A stretch of 62,738 bases of DNA, filler included, from Perkinsus olseni (Eukaryota), in assembly GCA_013115125.1 (NCBI GenBank). It is 3 parts of 3 records of this genome, joined end to end, with 100 filler letters (N's around TTAATTAATTAA, not from the genome) between each part and the next. Parts side by side here need not be neighbours in the genome. Positions count along the whole stretch, not along the records: positions 41,915 to 62,738 come from JABANN010000567.1; 2 more parts are not named here. The stretch is one strand, 5' to 3'. The notes below the pieces were generated by a model. That model was not told the DNA's origin and ran no database searches. It saw only the letters and a list, made by a program, of their open reading frames with translations. Within the stretch, counting starts at the first letter, position 1; each line of letters opens with the position of its first letter. Made by a program: the position numbers and the translations under genes. Positions 56,266 through 62,738 of the stretch are shown here, in pieces.

Positions 56266-59200
56266 ATGGAGACTTTAACGGAAAAAGTGACTCAACAGTT
56301 GAGTCTCAACTCACCGAGGCAGTCGCTATTATCGCGCAGGAAAGAAGTACCAGCACAAGCTCTACTTCTAACGCGGCGACAAACCACTCATCATCATTGG
56401 GTTTGCGATTGCCCAACATCGTGCTTCCGGTCTTCCATTCCACTCCTAGAAACAACGGGTACCCCCCCTACGCACTGGGTCGCACTCCTCAAGCAACAAG
56501 TGATCAACGACCGTCGATCTTTCGACTTGATAAGGCTCGCCGAAGCACAGTATCGTTCAGACCTCGATGCTGCCGAGGAATCCTCGGCGAGGATGACAAA
56601 CAGTTCATGGAATATTATGTGAAGACTACCTTGCTTTTAAGAGAGGCAAGCCTAAGGAGGAGAAAACCCTCGAGTTGTTGACCCGCTTTAATGGCATGGC
56701 CCAAGAGGACTCAGAGACTGTTGAAGAATTCTCAGTCCGTTTCCTCGACTTACATCATGACTCACAGAAACTCATCCCCGGTATCTTCATCGTCTCATCT
56801 GAAACCGATGGGGTGAAGAAGTCTGATGATATACAGCTCCAGCTTCAATTCACTGTGAAGCTTCGTGAAGATATAAGAAAGGAGCTTATTGCCCGCCAAG
56901 CCCGTTATGATTCGATCCAGTTGTTGATCGAAGCTGCACGTCGTTTTGAGCATTTTCACCCACCTCAAAAAGGAGCTTCCTCTGACCCGGCGTCAGACCA
57001 AGTACCAACTTCGGTGTGGTGCTCCGCTGTGCAGTGCTACAACTGTGGTGATTATGGGCATTTTGCTCGTAATTGTATGAATGACCCTCAACGGATGTCC
57101 CAGAGAACGGCTGGGGTGAGCTCGCCGGCTTTGTACCCCAGGTGGCCGTTAGGGAACGGTAAGGGATACCAGTCCGGAGTTCAATTGACACCTGCGAATG
57201 GCCTTGGTGGCTCGCAGAATTTCAATAACTCTGGACCTGTGCCACAGTTTGAGAGCCAGTTCAATGGCCAAAACCAGTGGTGGCTTAGAAGACGGAATAA
57301 AGGTGCGGGCAAGGCGAAGGGGACTGCTAAAGGAAAGGGCTTTGCTTATCGTCGAGGCAACGGTCGCCGAGGAAAAGGGAATAAGCCGACCAGAAGAAGG
57401 TTCCGTGTGAACTGCCTCGACACTCAGCCCCAAAGCTCTGCAGACGAGCATGAGCCGAGATCTCCACCTCGTGAGCGTGAGAGAGAGCCTGCTGAAGACG
57501 ACGATGAGAGAAAGTCCCGTCGACAGGTGAGCAGAGGGTCCCATCGCCACACCTCTCGGGATGATGATGATGAGTTCTTGGCTATGCCTTTATTTGTTAC
57601 CGTGGGTAACACGGGTAACCATCATGACGTTGATGCTCAGAAGAGACGTATTCTGACTACTTTAATTCAACCTCGTTGTGATCTACCAGCTGTCAAGACG
57701 CTCATTGACACCTGCTGCAGTGTCAGTCTTGTGAGCGAAGATTATGCTAATCAGCTTCAACGCCATGGCTTCTGCTGTCGAGCTATCAACACGCCTGTGG
57801 AAGTTGGCATGGCAGCAGAAGGCGTTTCGTTCACATCTTCTTCGCTGCAAGAAGTACCTCTTGTCTTCAATGGCGTAGATGCTCATTGCGTGAGAGTAGA
57901 GTGTCCCATTATCAAAGATCTACAATGGCCTTTGATTCTTGGTATTAATCACTTAACATTACTACATGCCAAGATCAATTGCCATACCCGAGTGGTTCAA
58001 CTCGAACATGGAGGCTGGCATTCTACACTCAATTGTACTGCATCTACCGGGGGCGAGAAGAGTGCCCTGGTGATAAGCACCTATGATGTCATCAGAGCAG
58101 CATCGACGCAGACAATCTCACCAGGTGTGAATGAAATCAAGGCATGTTTCGTTCATCATGCTTTGAAATTACCCGAACACCCCTCGCTTGTCGGAGTCAA
58201 CTGTAAGTCTGCTTCGTTGTCACTCGTCGAGGGACCCATTAACCAGAGTGCTTTGTCTACGAACTCTTCAACACTATTCACGGTACTCGTTGCTAATACT
58301 TCATCTTTGCCGACGAAGGTTTCGGCTTCGGAACCCCTTGGTCGTGTGATTAATCGCGACCCGCAGGAGTTCTCCGATGTTCTCAAGGATGAGTTGACTA
58401 GAGAGAGCCAGCTCTTGAATGAGGCCCGTGAACACGCTTTCGAAGGTGATGCTAATCGTGACTTACCACCAATCGGTGATGAGAATGCTGACAAGAATCT
58501 TCCGAGAAGTGACGAGCAATACGCCAAGGAAGTGATAGCAGAAATCCGTCTTGATGAATGCACCAACTTGAGTACTGCCCAGCAGAATGACTTGAAGAGG
58601 GTTATCACCAAGTGGTGCCGAATATTCCACTTACCGGGTGAGAAGTTCGAGGAGATCCGAGGATATAAACACCACATCGACACCGGTGATCACGAGCCGC
58701 TATACTGCACTCCGTATCCACTTCCTGAAAGCCAAGTACGGTTCGTCAAAAGCGAGATCGATCGCATGATCGCTGAGGGCATCTGTCGCCCCAGTGAGAG
58801 TTCATGGTCTTCTCCAATCCTGGTGGTGGCCAAGAAAGATGAGCACGGTCAGAAAGTGAGGCCTCGCCTGGTAATTGACTACAGGCGTCTCAACAGCATC
58901 ACTCGCTTCGATGCCTATCCTTTACCCCAGATTGAGACTTTGCTGTCGAGGTTAAATAAAAAATGTTTCTACAGTAAGTTGGATATGTACTCTGGCTTCT
59001 GGCATGTCGGTATGGCTCCCGATAGTATCAGTCGAACGGCCTTTACTACTCCATATGGTATTTTCGAATACCTGAGGTTGCCCTTCGGCCTCGTCGGAGC
59101 CCCAGCGACATTCATGCGCACAGTCAACAGTGTCTTTGCCGACCTTCTCTCTGAAGTCACAGCTGACAGCGGCTACTTCTTGTGCGCGTATATGGATGAT

Positions 59201-62200
59201 TTGCTGATATCATCGTCTACCTGGGCAGAGCATCTACAACATCTCTCTCGTGTAATTCTCTCGTTAATCTTTATTCGAACGTTGCGCACAACGAGGGGTG
59301 AAGCTGAAGCCGTCAAAATGCTATTTCGGCTATGACCATATCACTTACCTCGGTTACGTAGTCTCTAAGGAGGGCATCTCAGCAGATCCGGCGAAAACGG
59401 CTGAGATTTAGGCAATCTCTCGCCCTACTTGCCGAAAAGATCTGCAACACTTTCTCGGTCTCAGTGGATATTACCGTGCTCACATATGCGATTATGCTCA
59501 GAGAAGCTCTCATCTTCGACAACTCATTCGTACTGACGTACCCTGGCACTGGGGTCGTGACGAAGAAGGAGAGTTTAAGGATCTCAAAAGATCACTCTCT
59601 CACACGACGTGTGACACACGTTACTGGTCCGTCCAGACTTCTCCAAGCCCCTCCTTCTCCAAGCTGATGGTTCCTCACGCGGTCTTGGTGCCGCTCTCTC
59701 CCAAGTCGATAGTGATGGGATTGAGCGACCTGTGCGGTTCGCTAGTCGTGCTTTGACAGCCGCAGAAGCCAAGTGGAGCACAGAAGAACACGAGTTGTTG
59801 GCTATCGTCTGGGCGGTTGAGAAATGGCATCAATATCTCTATGGTCGTCATTTTGTCGTTGCCACTGATCATAACAACCTACGTTGGTTGTTGAACTTGT
59901 CTCCGCGGAAGCCTCGCCTCTGTCGCTGGATTCTGAGGTTGTGCGAGTACGACTTTGATATCGTACACCGTAATGGTCCCTTACAAGCCAATGTCGATTA
60001 CTTCAGTCGACATCCTGTTGCCAACAGGCTGTTGGCCTCTCGACTGACCCGCCCAAGCTTCCTCCACGAATTGCTGTCAGTCACAACCCGCCACCTGCGA
60101 AGAAGAGAAGGGTCTCTCCTGTAACTTCAGGCCGTCATGACGCTAAGCTCTCTTCGGCACTCTCTACGGCAGTGCTTCGGTCTAATCTGTGTGTCGTTGC
60201 GACCCACCAAGAAGCTCCACCACTTCATCTGCCGAATCGCCAAACGATCATCAGCTCTCAGCGACGAGACCCTGTCCTAAGTCAGATTATCCAACAACTC
60301 CCACACTTAGACCACGATGGTTACTATAGACTCGACCCTTCTGATGATGCCTTGTTGATGTGTGCGCCGTATGAGGGCTCCTAAGATTTACCCGAAGATG
60401 TTGAGAAGCTCGTGATACCTGTTGAACACCAGCTAACGTTTCTACGTTACTTTCATGTTCAACCGGATAGCGCGCACCGTGGTCGAGAAGCTACTTTGGC
60501 AGCTGTGGGACGTTCCTTCTGGTGGTCCGGTCTCGCCAAGAGCGTGAAGAAGTTCTGCAAACGTTGCCTTGGATGTCAACTCCGCAATAATTCCGGTACT
60601 TCCACGGCCGGTTTCCTTCGTACAACGATCTATACACAACCGTTCACTGCGATTGGTGTGGATTTAATCGAGATGCCACCAGGCGATAGTGACGTTGAAG
60701 GCCATCCATTTCGATATATCCTACATGCCATCTGCCTATATTCGAACTTCATTGTTGCTCGACCTCTGCGTACCAAGAGTATGCCTGAGGTAGGTCAATG
60801 TTTGTACGAGGCAGTCATATGCAATCATGGAAATTTTTCGATCTATACGATCGGATCGTGGCGGAGAATTCTGCAACTCTTTGCTAGATTCAATCTATAA
60901 GATCGGCAGTGTTGTCGTAGAGCGAACTTCACCTCTGAGGCCTAAGTTCAACGGGCAATGTGAGCGAGGGCATAGATTCCCTCTTGATGCTCTCTCAATC
61001 ATCTGCAGTGGTAGAGAGAATCGTTGGCCCCAGTATCTGCAAGCAGTCACTTATGCTCACAACACTAACCCCGGTGTTGGTCGCCTTCACTCACCATACT
61101 ATATCACCCATGGTGGACGAAACCCTCAAGCCTTGCCAGACCTGCTATTGAATCAGGCCGCGGCTGATGAGGTCACCGACCTCGAGATCGATGCCGGTGC
61201 GGCGGTCGACATGGTGGAGGCCATGAAAACTGCGCATGCCTGTGTTCGCCTCGCTCTGCTGGATAGTCGTCTGAAAGCCAAAGATAGGTATGACCAAGCC
61301 TTGGTCACCAAGGCCGAACTTCACCAGATTACGGAGTCGGTGACTATGTTGGAGTAAGAACCTCCCCACGAGCGAGCAAACTATCACTTCGTTGGCGTGG
61401 TCCATATGTGATAGATAGTGTAAGCGGCAACACCGTCCTATTGAAGGCCCTGCCGAGTGGACCGCCCGTTGCCAGTCCTTCCACTCGTATCAACGTGGAC
61501 CGTCTGGTACATCTGAGTTTCCCGGCAGCCTTTCATTATGACGTTGATGATAGTTCCCCTTCACTATCTGAGAGGAACATTCGTGAGCAGCAGCGTAGTC
61601 ATTCTGAGAATGACCTCTACCAGGTAGAGGTAGAGTCTACCTCACACCCACCAGTACCACAAGATAGTGGAGAACCTCGAGTTCAACCTGCCAATGATGC
61701 TTTACGCCCTTGTAGCGCTGGTGCTGATAGCCACAAAACCAACACGCCTGCTCCAAAGGTATCATCAAGCCGCCATAGTCCAAGTCCTGACCATCCCCTA
61801 GAAGCTCAGTTCCAAACACCTGTCGATCATTGTAGGCGGTTCGTCTTGGTCGATAGGAGCTCTGAAGAAGGATTTGTTCCGCTATCTACTACTACCGATG
61901 AAAGACGTATGATTACAGCTCTCTATGAGGCCTGTGATGACCCACGAGGGTTAAGTCCCACGCGGGCTGTCGAGCTCATCATGGATTACCCAGGTTATCG
62001 AAGAGGCTACCTTAAGCGTCTATCCGATCATACTATATCCCTAGAACAAGATCAGTTTGGCTGGCTTCATCGACTCCAGGATCATCTCTACTTCATACAA
62101 GATGTGTTGGGAGTAGGATATGTCGTCGGAGAAGTACTTCGTGAAGTTGGAAGATCTCCTGAAGAACGAGACTTGTTGGTTCAGTATTACACGATGGTGC

Positions 62201-62454
62201 AGTCAGGAGGTGACGTCCTCGAGATGGATACTCATGAAAGTCCCGTTTGGCATCCTCAGAGTGATGTCATCTTTCCTCTAACGGTCCTCGAAAGAGCCCC
62301 TACAGCACCCCCAGATGATATGAACATCTCTGACAAGAGCACCGAGAAGAGGAGAGTTGAGTTGAGCAGAGATTCATTGTTCAAGCTCATCCCATACAAT
62401 TTCAACATTGTCAACTGGTCTACTTCCACCTCTTCCCATCACAAGAGTTATTGA
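56266..62454 (+). pseudogene. Gypsy gag-pol with multiple frameshifts and stops
   Basis: CYNCGDYGHFARNC; LIDTCCS; RLVIDYRRLN, LPFGL, YMDD; FASRAL...ELLAIVWAV...TDH; HRG...CLGC, GVDL, SDRGGEF, NGQCER, WRGPY; broken into ORFs at 56266, 56397, 56675, 59732, 60412, 60827 and 61408. Confidence 0.9.
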
Positions 62455-62609
62455 AGGTTCAACATGTCCAAGACTTTTTGAAGGGTCAAGATGCTCAAGA
62501 CCTAGTGAAGGTTCAAGATGTTCAAGACTTATTGAAGGTTCAAGATGTTCAAGACTTATTGAAGGTTCAAGATGTTCACGACTTAGTGAAGGCTTTAGAT
62601 GCTCGAGAC
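62448..62609 (+). repeat. 27-bp tandem repeat x6 in Gypsy 3' region
   Basis: Consensus TTATTGAAGGTTCAAGATGTTCAAGAC. Confidence 0.9.
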
Positions 62610-62730
62610 TTACATTGCTCTTGTATACTTCTACAACAAGAAACAGGTTCGCCCCTCAGTGGCATAAAAAAACAAGTCGAGTTCGTAGAGGACCTCTAAA
62701 TATTCTCTTTTCGTTCTTGACTTTCGACTC

Positions 62731-62738
62731 AGGGGAGT
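62731..62738 (+). promoter_or_regulatory. Probable polypurine tract of the Gypsy element
   Basis: AGGGGAGT at the window end, downstream of pol; the following LTR is not visible. Confidence 0.5.

Larger units (their letters stand above)
55787..62738 (+). mobile_element. Decayed Ty3/Gypsy LTR retrotransposon (5' LTR start uncertain; 3' LTR beyond window)
   Basis: LTR-like end GTTACA at 56228, PBS at 56232, domain order gag-PR-RT-RH-IN, purine tract at the window end. Confidence 0.88.

Overview
Eukaryotic scaffold, most likely an alveolate of the Perkinsus type. This is inferred from ~50-nt GT-AG introns, trinucleotide microsatellites, tandem nucleoside transporters and a secreted pepsin-like protease; it is not verified. 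Three N gaps are present, two carrying an artificial TTAATTAATTAA spacer, so adjacency across them is unproven. Host genes: PGAP1-like GPI inositol deacylase, RING-HC protein, LRR protein, helical-repeat protein, secreted hypothetical, MYBBP1A/Pol5-like fragment, an oddly organised SET-domain gene, two paralogous multi-zinc-finger genes, two ENT transporters, a UspA-domain gene, a Q-rich ubiquitin-specific protease cut by a gap, and an A1 aspartyl protease. Mobile DNA: an LTR retrotransposon with an intact single ORF, BEL/Pao-like RT/RNase H, Gypsy-like integrase and a CCCH finger in Gag; a decayed Ty3/Gypsy element; a decayed hAT-like element; and fold-back elements. The strongest unexplained signal is a stereotyped 22-bp scar, N1-7 + revcomp(N1-8) + N2-8, found exactly 7 times and near-exactly 5 more times with different 8-mers. 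It fits hAT excision hairpins repaired by annealing across an 8-bp target duplication. Spliced gene boundaries were read by eye and are approximate.
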